64,000 nucleotides of DNA, from NCBI RefSeq assembly GCF_009914755.1, contig NC_060935.1; one strand, 5' to 3'. A model generated the notes under the pieces. The model did not search any database and was not told the origin of the DNA. It saw nothing but the letters and a program-made list of their open reading frames with translations. The stretch is from the human T2T-CHM13v2.0 reference genome, Homo sapiens. Positions 1 through 14,922 of this stretch are shown piece by piece (position 1 is the stretch's first letter; every line of letters begins with the position of its first letter). A program made the position numbers and the translations under genes.

Positions 1-744
1 TCATATAAGATAAACAGTATACATTGAAGAATCAAAACAGTTCAAAATTGTATAATGATTCACACCATGATGGAAAATCATAGTGATGAACCAGATAAGT
101 CAGTCACGTGACTCAGGTCATCTCCACTCACTGCTGCACATGCTCTGTCAGTAGTCACTAGGTAGCTTTCAAACTGCTCTATTTTAAAGAATAAAAGTAC
201 TTAAATAATTACTTAATATATTGATTTTAATATCAGAATTAAAACAGACAATATTTACTTGTGCCTTTAATGGAATGAGCCCTCTCAATTTCTCTGTTGG
301 ACATACTGCTGTAAATGTTTTGCATCTCATATCCCTGTGTACACAGATGAGATTAGGTGAGCTGTTTGTAGCACATTTGCAGGTGATTGATTGGTTAAGA
401 TGTGAGAATGTCTCTGGTACAGAAGCCTCACACTAGTGACCTGGGCTTGAGGGATAGAATTCAGCCTCTGTCTGAGAATTATGAAGAAATAGTTTGTCAC
501 AGACCTTACTACCCATTATCGTATATGTTGATGTTTGCCCTTTAGTGCTGCCAGCCACATGCTAAGCCTTTAAGCATGAATTTCTAACCCATACCAAGGG
601 GTCAGTCCCCTGTAGTCTAATCTTGATCCATGTTGAATGTATTGTTTTAAAAAATCCATAATTTGAAGGAAAACACCACAGCAATAACAACAGCAATAAT
701 AATGCCTTTAACAATGAAAATGAAAACAAGTTACTAGCTATAGA

Positions 745-918
745 CACTATTCTAAGGGCCTTACATATAACTCATTTATTCCTCATAACAACAATGTGAA
801 GTAGCTACTGTTATTTGCATCTTACAGCTCAGAAAACAAGCATGGTGAGATAAGGAAACTTCACTAAGGTCACATAACTAGTAAGTGGTGGAGCCAGCGT
901 TGAAACTCAGGAAGTCTG
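745..918 (-). mobile_element. MIR (representative; others at about 32925-33125, 34285-34480, 48880-49105, 57160-57345 and 61545-61740)
   Basis: tcctcataacaac...aaggtcacataactagtaagtggtggagcc MIR core motifs. Confidence 0.7.
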
Positions 919-3350
919 TACACAACTGGGAGGGAAGGCTAATATTTGAAATGATAGACTCAACATTCAATATTTCAGTATCGATGAGCTCTAAGTTGAT
1001 AGAGCTATGTGTAAAAACCCTGCATTTAATATTAAGAAATCATTGGCAGAAGAGTAAGAGAGGGCTTTGGTCAAGTAAGCTGAGTGCATAAGAAAACTCT
1101 GGCATTTGAGGTGTCCTTAGCTCCAGATGCTTTGGTAGGGCAGAGTGTATCCATGGAGGTACCATGAGCTACCATGGAGGTAGCTCAGAGAGGAAAGGGA
1201 ACAGTAACAGAGGCCTGCTTGGTTTTTAAACAGTTTTGCAAAGAGTATTATTTACGTATTTATACTAAGTCTACACCAGTTTTGAGTATTTGCCTGCTAC
1301 AGTGTAAGCAAATGCTTACAGGAAATTAGCACACCTCTGAAAGATCTCTGCACCAAAGGAATAGAAAAGGTTGAAGAAATTATCTTAAATTCATATAGAG
1401 ATTTTAATGACTTTAAATGGAATTATAATCAACTGTATTTTATCTTCTGTTATATATTCAAGTTGTATGGTTGTATATCACTTGTCCTTGTCCATTGTAT
1501 TTGGGTTTCATGCTTCATGGTGTCACTTTTTTAAATAGAAAAAAATGTGAATAGTTAAAAATAAATTTTATTTGATATTTAGATAATGGTAAAAATTGAA
1601 ATGATGATAAATGCTGTTTATTGCCTACTTGTGAAGGTGTCAATGTTACGTTGGTAGAGTATATATGGAATCATTTATATGATTTACAGTAAATGAAACA
1701 GAAGGTGAGGTACCACTTTCAGATGTAGTACAGTTGTCTGACTCAGATTTTAGAAATCTATTGATATTTTTAAAGCAAAACTTTTTTTAATGCTTTACAT
1801 TTGAATGATGTTCTTTGTACTTGGATATTGATCCTATTTCTGATTCAGTTTTGAAAGGAATTAACATCAAGTGGACTTCATGTCACTTAACAGTGCTTTT
1901 TTGTATACATTTTTAAAGAAAATTAGTCATTTTACTTTGATTTTTGAGTTAGCAATTCACAAGCAGGTAATTAAACACTTTTAGAAGAAAAATATTGGTC
2001 TAATAATAATCTTAACTCATCTTTTTGACATAGTAAAGAAAAAGGAACTCTGCAGAAGCAAAATTTTTTAGTATGTGGCAAACAACTAAGCAACTAGATT
2101 TTTCTTGGCTTTCTTAGTATTCTTCCATAGCTTGTAATTCATTAAACATTCCTATTCAGCTTTCTATACTAATTTCATATATATATATATGTATTTTGCT
2201 TCATGAAAGCATTGCTGCTTTTCTTCTTCATCAGTAATTAGTAAACTTAGCTTCCTAACCCCTTATAACTTATGCCTTATTAACGATAGTGAACATACCA
2301 GTAAGCATTGAAATTAGTGTTACTCTGATATGTCAAACTCATTCTAGAAGTTATGCTTTTCCTTACCATTACTGTATTAGTGGACGTCCTGCAGCCTATC
2401 ATTCTATTGTTCATTACATACAGCTAATTAACCTTATTTAGAGTAATTGAAAGGGAATAATAGAAGATTTTAAGGGAATGACATTTTCTTCCAGGAGTGA
2501 ACTTATAAAATATTGTTATCTGAAGGTTTTCTAGGGACTTCTTTTTAGTAAGTAAATTAGAATTAGCCCTTTCTTTATAAATTAATGCTGCTGAAATGCT
2601 TAAAATATACTTAACTTTTAAAAAGATTATCTTTGATTTTATTTAAGTGTTTAATTGGCATTATCTGTGGAAAAAATGCTTTATTAACTGAGACACCACT
2701 GTGTTTCTGATATACTTATAAAAAAACTCATGAGGTTTTATTTTATTTTTCAGGTTTTGTAAATAGATATACAGGGAAGTAATTAAATATAAAGAAGTAG
2801 ACTATATTTAACATTAACTGGAATAGTTAACCAGTTCTATCTATACATTAGAATGTTCATCTTTTCAGACTAAGTTTACTGAAAAGATTCTTGCATTAGG
2901 TAAATTTTAGTAGATTGGACTAAGTTGAGGGAGTTAATCCCTTCTGAGCTTTTAGAATTCTAAAGCCATTGCATAGAAACTCTCTGGGAAAGACAAATGG
3001 TTAAGATATGTAGCCACAGGCTCCTGTTTGGATTTGTATTGACATCAAAAAGAAGATGATAATGATGGATCTTACATGTTTATTTGAAGGCTCTCAGAAA
3101 GAGGATACATTCTAGATTTATCCTTTATTTCAGAAGGTAGCATTAGCAAGTGGGAAGAGGAGAATGGTGAAGGAAGGCATAAGTGGGAGAAAGTGGAGAA
3201 GGTGACAGGTGGAAGGCAGAGGCAAACTGTCTTGGAAGCAGCTTTTAGCTCAAATTAAGATATCTTAAGGGGAGAATTACCCAACAAAAGAACAAACTAA
3301 TGCAGTCATGGGGTTTTACTTCTCTACAGTTACTTCTTTTTTAAATATAG

Positions 3351-3551
<201 letters not shown>

Positions 3552-4254
3552 TGAGTATATATTTATTCAAAGGATGATGTAAAAAAAAAAAGTTATGGCA
3601 GTTCTTATGGAATTGTAATCATTATCATATTCGCACATCGTTGTACATCACGTAGGAAGTTGCTGTTCTCAGCACACTCAGACCTTAGAGTGTGTGTTTT
3701 TTTTTTAACCATCATTGTTCATTCAGTAAATAAATAGTTATTGAATATCTGCTATGTTCCAGGTACTCTAAAAGCCCTGCTTGCACAATGGAAAACCAAA
3801 CAGTATGTGTCCATGTTGAGGTTGAATTAGGTTTTAGAAGTCTAAAATGGTATTCAATATACCAAACTTGATACTCTGTTCCCATTTATGGAGTTCTAAT
3901 TACTGTTACAGGAATTCCAAGCTCAAATGTCTATCTGATATAAAATAGAATTCATGTTTTAACATGTATTCGTTTTCAAACTAGTCTGCATTATGACTTT
4001 CCGGCACAGACTAGAGCTCAATTTTGTCTGTTCTGTAACAAAACAGATAACTTAATACACATCATTTCACTTTAGTTTTACATTGCTTTAATAGAAGAAC
4101 TCTGTAAATTCTAACATTTCATTTATTTAGTATTCTATATAATTATACAACATTACTTTTTCTTTACGAGAAAAAGATCTTCATAAAGTAGACCTCTTCA
4201 TTCTTAAACATTTTTTCCTTTAGTTTATCATTGTCAGAAAAGAATCCACAGTGC

Positions 4255-4566
4255 TTTTTTTAGGGGGGAGTGTGCGGAGGTGGGTGACGGAGTTTTGATC
4301 TCATTGCCCAGGCTGGAGTGCAATGGTGCAATCTCAGCTTACCGCAACCTCGGTCTTCTGGGTTCAAGCGATTCTCCTGCCTCAGCCTCCTGAGTAGCTG
4401 GAATTACAGGCATGTGCCACCATGCCTGGCTAATTTTTTTGTATTTTTGGTAGAGATGGAGTTTCTCCATGTTGGCCAGGCTGGTCTCGAACTCCTGACT
4501 TCATGATCCGCCTGCCTCGGCCTCCCAAAGTGCTGGGATTACAGGCGTGAGCCACTGCGCCTGGCC
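4255..4566 (-). mobile_element. AluS with a G-rich (C-rich on the Alu strand) tail
   Basis: Full dimer 4286-4566; TSD TGCTTTTT at 4252-4259 and 4567-4574. Confidence 0.93.
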
Positions 4567-5179
4567 TGCTTTTTGAAGTACTGATTTTAAATTCCTAGTG
4601 CAAAGTGTTTCTGACTCTGTTGCCTTGACTCCCATTTACTGTCTCCTCTTTCATTTACCCTAAAAATTGGAAGACAGTCTCACTGATGCTTTCTAACTAA
4701 TGGTCTTCTGCCCTTGCAAAGATAATAATAGTATATACCCTAATTAAGATCAGTCATCATCAGAGACTCGCATGAATCAGGCCCCACTGTGTAGGTTAAA
4801 AACCTACTGACCTGTGAACTCTGCATACTGTTGGGCACACAGTGAATGAAAAAAAAATTTTTTTTTGGTTGGTTGGTTACTAATCCTATATAAAAATCTA
4901 AAATTTCAGATTCTCTTGAAAAATCTAAAGATTTAGTAACATTGGGCCCATATCAGAGTTATTTAATACTTCCCTGAAATGCAGCAAGTTCCACAGTTGT
5001 TTCTGTCTCTTAGCTTTAATTTCTAGATCCAGCCTGTTTTAATCTGTACTAATCAGGCTTATTTTCTTTATCTGACCATGTAGTAATTTGTTTACTACTT
5101 TGCATACAAGAGATATACCATTAGTCATGTAATCTGAGGTATCCTATATATATAATAAATATATATAATTGTGTATACA

Positions 5180-6042
5180 TACAATTCAACCTCAGCAAAA
5201 CAACCCAATTAAAAAACAGGTGAAGAACTTTAATAGCATTTCTCCCAAGAAGATACATAGATGGCCAGCAGGCACATGAAAAATATGTTCACCGTCACTA
5301 ACCATTAGGGAAATGAAAATCAAAACCACAATGAGACACCCCTTCATACCCTTCAGGATGGCTAGTATCAAAACAAACAAACAAACAAAAACCAAACCAG
5401 ACCCAGATTATAACAAGTGTTGGCAAGGACATGGATAATTTGGAACCCTTGTTGTTGCCTAGTGGAAGTGTAAAATGCTGCAGCTACTGTGGAAAACAGT
5501 ATGGCAGTTTCTTAGAAAATTAAAATTACCATATCATCTAGTAGGTCCACTTCCAGATATATATGCAAAATAACTGAAAGCAAAGACTGGAAAGAGATAT
5601 TTGTACATCTATGTTCATAGCAACATTATTCACAGTAGCAAAATGGTAGAAACAACTCATAAGTCCAAAATGCTATGAAATGTGATTCAGCTTTTTAGGA
5701 AGGAAATTCTGATAAATGCTGCATGGATAAACCTTGAGAATATTATGCTCAGTAAAATAAGCCAGTCACAAAACAAATAACTGTATGATTCTACTTATGT
5801 GAGTTACCTAGAGTAGTCAAATTGACAGAGACAAAGAGAATGGTTACCAGGGGTTGGGAGGAAGGAGGAATGGAGAGTTACTGTTTAATAGATACAGAGT
5901 TTCAATTTGGAAAGATGAACATTTCTGGAGATAGATGGTGGTGATGGTTGCACAATAGTGTGATTGTACTAAATGCCACTCAGTTGTACACCTAAAAATG
6001 CTTAAAATGATAAATTTTAGGTATCATTTGCCACAATACAAA
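5180..6042 (+). mobile_element. L1MB-type 3' end (decayed ORF2 end and 3' UTR)
   Basis: aacccaattaaaaa...gaaatgaaaatcaaaaccacaatgaga...ggtggtgatggttgcacaa motifs. Confidence 0.8.
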
Positions 6043-6367
6043 ATATATGAAGAAATGATAGAACAAAATATACGAAGGAAACAATTGGTAGTTGTGATGA
6101 GCACCCATGTGAAAGTAATTAGTTGAAATAGCAGCTCTTTCCCCTAATTAATATTTATTCTTATTAAAATCATATTTAGAAATAGTAACTAAATTTTTAC
6201 GAAAGTGTTTAAAGAATAAAATAAACCAAATTGGTACAGATTATTTGACTGTGACCATCTGTGGGAGTCATTTTAGCTTTATTATAAGATTTTTTTTTAA
6301 TTATTTGCGAAACTGTTGACATTTAGATCTATTTGAATCAAATGTAAGTGTTAATTGGTTCTATTAA

Positions 6368-6529
<162 letters not shown>

Positions 6530-9242
6530 TGATCATGTTTTTTTGAAAGAAAATAAAAAGAACTTATTCAGTCTTAAGATTTAAAAGGAGGTACACTGTT
6601 CTTCTTTTGTACTTTTAATTGCTTTTATCATTGTAAATTGTATTCTATGCAAGAGTTGTTTTCTGAATAATTATAGCATTACTGAAGAACAGCTCTAATT
6701 TGGTAACTAAGCAAGATCCTTAGAAGTGGTAATAAATGCAGAAAATTAGAGCGTAGAACAGTGAAACTTTATACAGTATTAAATATGTGAAATCATGCAA
6801 TAACATTTACATTTCTAAAACAAGGAAATATATTTTTAAAAAATTATTTTCATTATCCCTTTGAATTTTATTCACTTGTGCTGTTATAAAGCAATTTCCA
6901 TATACAGTTTGGTCTCTTTTTAGATTTTCTTTTCTATTTCACTGATCCATCTGTCCATGAGTTAGTACCATACTTTTTTAGTACCACACTTTTAATTAGA
7001 AATGTTTTATTGTATGCTTTAAAATCTGATAACAATAGCTTTGCTCTTTTTTTAAATCAGTTTTCTTAGTTCATTCTTATTTTATTATTCTTCCAAATGA
7101 ATTTTAAGCAGTTCGTCTAGCTCCATGGGTAGGAGTGAGGGGTATTTTTATGGGATTGTATCACATTTTAAATTAACTTTGTGAGAACTGACATCTTTAT
7201 CATGATGGGTCTTTCTGTTCTGCAACACTGGTTTAAATGTTTGTGTCTTTCCATTAGTTTAAATGTTTGTGTCTTTCAAAACAGATGGCCCCTGTTCTGT
7301 TGAAACTTAGTCTAGTAGGGTAGACAAAGATTAATCAAATAGGCTTATGAACTAATGTAAGATTTCAGTAGTGTTATGTGCTACATTTTTATTGGCAGTA
7401 ATAGTAAATGTTTCAAATTGAGTTTATGTTTTAAAGCAATGTACTCATTCCATATTTATCTAATATTGATAGGAAATAAAAAATAATATTGGCCAGAATT
7501 TTTGTAAGTCGAGAGAGAGCAATGGTTGTTAAATTATAAGTGGCAGTGTTGGGCCAGGCAATGTTTTCTTTTTTCCACTGGGTTATTTTACTCTTCATGA
7601 AAGCTTTGGCTTACTGTTGGGTGTTTATTTTATTGAAAGCAGTATATAGATTTAATTCTTAGATATCCTCATTTATGTGTATTACACTCTTACTAATTTG
7701 TTAACTGAATGTATGTGGTTCTATCACACACATACTGTGAAGTTCGTGCCACACTGCATGAGTTGGAAATCAGCTGTCCTGAGAGCTGACTGAAAGGCAA
7801 CATCCCAGACCATGGGATTTTTAGTTAAAGGATTTAAAAGTTACACTTAGCTGTAAAAAATTAAAATTAAGAACCTTGGTTGCCAGTTAATCCCAGTTTT
7901 TTCCCCACACCAATCCTGATTTGTGTCTACTGTTGGTATCTTAATCTTGTTAGTCTCTACCAGTCTGTGCCTTAGTAGCACTCTCTGTAAAAATGGGAGA
8001 AAGCAACTATTTTTATAACAAAGTAGATTTGCCTTGCTCATAATTCTGAGGATTAGGAATAAGAGTCTGTATTTAATTCATTGATCTTTGAGGATTTGGT
8101 GAAATGTAAAATAATGATTGCTGCACCTTAGGGGGATCAGTTCTGCAAATTTGTGTAAGATAAACTGGAGCAGAAAAAGATGAGATAAGGAGATAAATTA
8201 ATAGGCTCCTAAAGTAATCCATGTAAGAGGTAATGAATACTTGAATGTGGTTAGAAGAACTAAAAGGGAGATCCCTGATACAGACAACATTGTAAGGATA
8301 AAGTCCAGAAGCCTTTGCAGATTAAATGTGGAGTGTAGGCCAGAGTAGCAACAAGTAAGGGAATGAATTTGGATCTGGTCTAGGTGATGATAGTTTGGTC
8401 TCCATAAATAGAAATAATGGATTTGGGAAGCATTTGTTTTGGTGGAGTTAGTAATGTTTGAAGCTTATTGTCAGGACTTAGAAGCCATGTAGGTATTGGG
8501 ATCAATGAGATGAAGATGTATCTCAGGAGATAGTTGGGGATTAGAGAGGTAGATTTGGTAGATAATAAAGCAATAGTTATAATTGAGATCATCAATAGGG
8601 AAACTAGAGGTTAAAATCCTTGAGTTGGAGGATACCTGGGAAATGTGGGAAAAGTCAAGGATGGTAGGATCTAAGAAAAGCCTCTTAAATTTGGTAATAT
8701 GGTGTTCAGTAGTGTGACAGCAGTAAAATAAAGAAATAAAGGTTTCTTCCTTCCTTTTCTTTCCATGTGTGCTTAATACATATATGATGCGCAAATATCT
8801 TTTTTTAAACCTGAGTTGAAAGTTATAATATTAATGAAACATTTCTTAAGAACAAAATGGTATTATCTCCTGAATACCATAAGGAAGCAGTATTAAAGAG
8901 TTAGGCTTTTAGTATTATTGCCATCTTTTCTACCCTGTTACCCTTTTCTCTTCCCTGCCTTTATTCCTTAACTCTCCACGAGAAAGGCATCAACCCTTGG
9001 TCTTCAAAATAAGAACTAGTACAAAAGATTTCATGAGAAAAATGGATCCTGAAAGCATATATTATTGAGGATTTTTGCTTTTCTATACTGCTAAAAATGC
9101 CTGCATTTTAAGTTTATCATTAAGGTGAGCTTTGGAAAAAATTTTAGCCTAATGTCGTCTTCTGCTATGGTTGAAAAATTGCAGGCTTTGGCATAGCTGT
9201 CCCCAAAATATCTTAGCACACTTTTTTATTTTTTAACGTTTT

Positions 9243-9547
9243 GAATTTTTTTTTCTTTAAGAGAGAGACAGGCTCTCACTCTGTCACCCAGGTTGGGGTG
9301 CTGTGGTGTATTCATAGCTCACTGCAGCTTTGAACTCCTAGGCTGAAGTGGTCCTATCACCTCAACCTCCCAAATAGTTGGGACTACAGGTGTGCCACCA
9401 TGCCTGGCTAAATTTTTAAAACAGTTTTGTAGAGACGGTTTCTCACTAGGTTGCCCAGGCTGGTCTCAAGCTCTTGGCCTCAGGTGACCCTCCCACCTCA
9501 GCCTCTCGAAGTGCTGGGAATGCAGACTTGAGCCACTGTGCCCAGCC
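9243..9547 (-). mobile_element. AluJ
   Basis: Diverged dimer with J-type positions (tcatagctcactgcagc, gttgcccaggctgg). Confidence 0.9.
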
Positions 9548-10289
9548 AACACACGTTCTTGACACGGTGAGGACATGCTCCATACCATGTCCACTAAAAG
9601 TCTGGGTAGAAAAATCAGTTCCAAATGCTGAAGGAAATGCCTCCAGCCCACTGTATTTGTGAAGAAAATCTTGGGTATCAGGGCTGCTATTTTAATTTTG
9701 CCTTAAAACAAGCATTGCTCAGAATACATGTTGTACCAAAGAATATACACTTGACTTTGCTTGTACATGTGACTGTTTTAAGAAAGCAGTGTCGAGGCCA
9801 CAATTAGAAGCAGAACACATTTAGTTTCTTTGCCTGCAGCCCCAATGTCTTTGGTACATCTGTGTCTTGAATCATAGTTGTAGTAATGTTTGTATTCATC
9901 ACACAGCATCAAAAATTAGGTAAGTATGACAGGCAAGTGCCTAGTGTGTTTTAGTGGTATTTTCAAAATGAATTCATGTCACACCCAAATGAATTGCTCT
10001 CTCAGGGAACCCAGTAGAGAAGGTTGTACCTGAGTTAACTTCCAGAGCATCCTCTGCCTATCTGCCTATTTCTGCCAGTGGCCAGAATGAATTTGTGTGG
10101 TATATTTTTCTCCTAATTTTTATAGCTTTTAATGTCTACCTAATGCTCCAAGTTTAGTCTGATTATTTAATGTGCAGAAATCATTAAAACCATTTTCTGC
10201 CTCACAAAAAACTAAATCATTGGCTGTTACTAAACAATAATTAAGATTTATACTTCATAGGTATGTAAGTATAAAATCAGCAATAAAAA

Positions 10290-10670
<381 letters not shown>

Positions 10671-10741
10671 TTACTACAGAGATAAAACTAAACTGCTTTT
10701 TAAAAAATAAAGTAGCAGTAATAGTTATGCTAAATATGTAA

Positions 10742-10829
10742 TATTAGCATAACTAATATTAGCTATTAGCATAACTAATATTAGCTATTAGCATAACTAA
10801 TATTAGCTATTAGCATAACTAATATTAGC
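10742..10829. repeat. 22-bp minisatellite, 4 exact copies of TATTAGCATAACTAATATTAGC
   Basis: Read directly; partial copies continue to about 10885. Confidence 0.92.
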
Positions 10830-11004
10830 TAGCTATTAGCATATTATTAGCATAACTAAATATTACATATTACTAAATATGCTAATAAGTAATAGTTATG
10901 CTAAAAATGTGTCAATTTAGTGTCAGCAACCTTTTTTTTAAATAGATGTATTCAGGCATTAACGATACAGATTTTTGCACCCCAGTTAGACTGTTCCTGC
11001 TTGT

Positions 11005-11672
11005 GTTGATATTCTATTATTGCATAACAAGTTACAGTAAACTTACCAGCTTAAAATAATACCTGTTTGTTTTCTAACAGTTCAATAGGTTAGAAGTCCT
11101 GGCATAGCATGGCCAGGTTCTGAACTCATGGTCTCACAAGGCTGAAATCAAAGTGTTGGCCAAGGCTGGGGACTCATGTGAAGCTTGGGGTCCTCTTCCA
11201 AGCTCATGTGGTTGTTGACAGAATGCAGTTCCTTGGGACTGTAGGACTGTGGCCCTTGTTTTCTTTCTAGCTCTCAGCCAAGAACCACTGACAGCTCCCA
11301 GAGGCCACGTGCAGGGCCTTGCCATGCGTGGTCTCCATAGGCGGTTCACAACATGCATGTTTGCTTCTCCCGGGCCAGCAGTTTTATCTCTTTACTTCAA
11401 GTCTCTTCTTCCAGGAAGGCCTAATTTCTTTTAAGAGATTACCTGATATATCTGCCCTCTCCAGGGTAGTTTGCCTTTTGGTTAACTCAAATGCAACTGA
11501 TTTGGAGCCTCATATATCTATAAAATGCCACCAATTTTGTCACATAATAGGACCTAATAATGGGAGTGACATCCATCATATTCACAGGCCAGATACAGTC
11601 AAGAGGGATGATATGGGGCATGTACACCAGGGGCAGGAATATTGGGGCCATCTCAGAATTCTTCCTACCATG
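11005..11672 (-). mobile_element. MLT1 (ERVL-MaLR) LTR
   Basis: ctcacaaggctgaaatcaaagtgttggc, cttccaagctcatgtggttgttg, gggagtgacatccatcatattcacagg and ttggggccatctcagaattc are MLT1G/H-like motifs. Confidence 0.75.
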
Positions 11673-12489
11673 TTGCCATAAGTAAAGGGGTCTTCTCAAA
11701 TATGCTCAACAGGTGCTAGCTTTTATCTTTCATCAAATTTTTGGAAAAATAATACCAAAATATTAACTGAGAAATAATTTTTCCTTAGATTTTGTGTCAC
11801 CCTGAAGTTCTTTTTAGATTATATAAAACAATTTTTTTTCTTAAATTGGAAAAAATACTTTCCAAAATACTTATTGGATATTAAAATGTTCCAAAAATTA
11901 TTTTAAGAAAATATATTGCCTAATACCACTGTAACTTAGCATAGTGAGTTGAGGGCTTAGCATATTTAGTAATCTAATTATATCCTCTTACAAGACAAAA
12001 ATACCTTTGTTTTACAGAGTAATACAAAGGCAAGTCTGTAACTAGTTATTTTTCATTCTAAAAGATATCATAGGTTAGATTTGTTATATTAGATTGTACT
12101 GATGGCATATTAGCAAAATTAAAAATGGTTTGATTTCCTGGTCATAAATAAGCTGATTTGCACTATAATAAACAATGAATAAACAATAAGTGAACAATGA
12201 TGTAGGAAGTATCCTGGTGAAAGCCATATTTACAATAAACTTGACACTTTTTGAATGCCATGTGAATATTATTTCATGAGTATAAAGGATGAGAGTGGTT
12301 TAATTAATTGTTCATCTACCAAATAACGTCCACTGCACAGAAAAAAAGACTAATTTCCTTTTTAAAAATCACTACTTATGCCCAATTTTAATAACATTTT
12401 AATTGTTTGGCTTTTGAAAATATGCAAATATTAGAACGTGACAAATAATGGTCAGCAGACCAGGTAAGAGACAGGATTTAATTTTCTAG

Positions 12490-13141
<652 letters not shown>

Positions 13142-13977
13142 TAGATTTTTATTTTTCAGATTCAAGTGTGAGAGAGAAAATAAGAACAATTACTATGTGT
13201 TTTAAGAGTAGATTTAAAACAGATTAGTTTTATTAATCCGTTTCAATAGTAGCTAAGTGATAAGGATAAAACACTCCAAATGCTTTGTTTTACAGAATTC
13301 CTATCAGAAACCAAAATTTGTTTGTGTGTTAACTTCCAAATAAACATTAGAACTATAATTCAATTTAAAGTTACCACAAGTTCCACAACTTCAGTAACAT
13401 ATATATTCTCTACAATCTCATGTTTCATGTCTTAAGTGTGATACTAATAATTAGTAGCTGACACTAGCTCCCTTTTGTGGATATGTTCTACTTTTTAACT
13501 AGGGAATTGATAATCTCACTATGAAGAACTATGTAGCTAGTCATTCTTTCCTTCTCAGATGCATGCAGTATAACAGCCCCTTTTTGTTTTCAAATTACTC
13601 CATTTTGCCTCTCTGTGCCTTTCCTATTCAGGTTATTTTCTTCCTATCAGAAGAAATGTAGGATAGCCCAGTTTATTTAAAATCGAATGGGCACTTAAAA
13701 AAATAAATAGATAAATGTGTACTCCTAGTGGAGAACTATATACCATATGATATTTTAAAAGAGTTGAAAACAGTACAACTTTCATGGGAAACAGATTTTT
13801 AAATATCCATTAATGATTAATATACTGCATACTTGAATAACCTGCTCTTTAAGGACATGCAGTTGGATAAGATACTATGTATATTGAGTGTATAGTCCAC
13901 TCTTTGACTATATAATGTATATGGACTATGAAATATGTATAATTCAATCATATGTCTTTTAAAAGTAGGTTATTCAA

Positions 13978-14267
13978 GGCTGGGTGTGGTGGCTTACACC
14001 TGTAATCCTAGCACTTTGGGAGGCTGAGGTGGGAGGATTGCCTGCACCTAGGCATTCAAAGACCAGCCTGGGCAACATAGTGAGACCTCATCTCTACAAA
14101 AAAATTTTAAAATCAGCTGGATGTGGTAGTGTGTGCCTGTAGTCCAACTACTCAGGCGGTGGAGATTGGGGAATCACTTGAGACTGGGAGGTTGAGGCTG
14201 TAGTGAGCTATGTGCACTCCAGCCTGGGTAATAGAGGAAGACCCTATCTCAAAAAAAAAAAAAAAAA
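13978..14267 (+). mobile_element. AluJ
   Basis: Dimer with A17 tail; TSD AGGT(T)ATTCAA. Confidence 0.92.
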
Positions 14268-14696
14268 GGTATTCAAATTAAGGAGGTAAACCTTACTTTC
14301 AAATTCTTATGGTATGTAGAGAGCATTTATTCTACTTGACCAAGTACTTTGCTAACATAAAGTGTTTAATTTCTTAATGATATTTGTAAAAATGAAATCA
14401 GCCGCACTTTCATTTGCTTTGTATTATCTTGAAGTGATTGTAATGAAATCCCAAAATAGAGTGAAGGACAAGAAAGGAATTAGATATAATTTAAAATCTA
14501 TCATGCTTTTTTGAGAGATCCAAGGAACAGAATGGAAAAACTACAGTGAAGTTATAGGAATATTTTATTATCTCATTCATACTTTCTATTATGAATCTGT
14601 AAGAAATAAGATACTCATGTTATTTTTAAAAATTACAAATCCAAATAGAAATAATTGAATTGCCTGTATAGAAGGTCCCTAATCTTCTAATGTCCC

Positions 14697-14922
14697 TTGT
14701 GATTTCTTTGATCCATGAGTTGTTTATAAGTGTGAATTTAATTTCAAAATATTGGAAGACCCTTCAGTTACCTTTCATGATTTCTAGTTTAACTCCACTG
14801 TGTTTAGAGAATACACTTTGAGACACACTTCATTTTAAAACAATCTTCTCAAATTTATTGAGATTTATTTTATATTTATAACATGGCCTGTCTTGGTGGA
14901 TGTTCCATGTGTACTTGAAAAG
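14697..14922 (-). mobile_element. Old L1M ORF2 fragment
   Basis: Decayed antisense L1 endonuclease-region sequence (tgttccatgtgtacttgaaaaga), similar to 18737-18944. Confidence 0.6.

Noticed and set aside
1-3350. PDHX upstream exons, including the lipoyl-lysine motif ETDKA
   Set aside because: Not found in the window; they must lie upstream, so this stretch is intronic.
10742-10885. Regularly repeated 22-mer resembling a CRISPR array
   Set aside because: The copies abut with no unique spacers, there are no cas genes, and the context is a primate intron.
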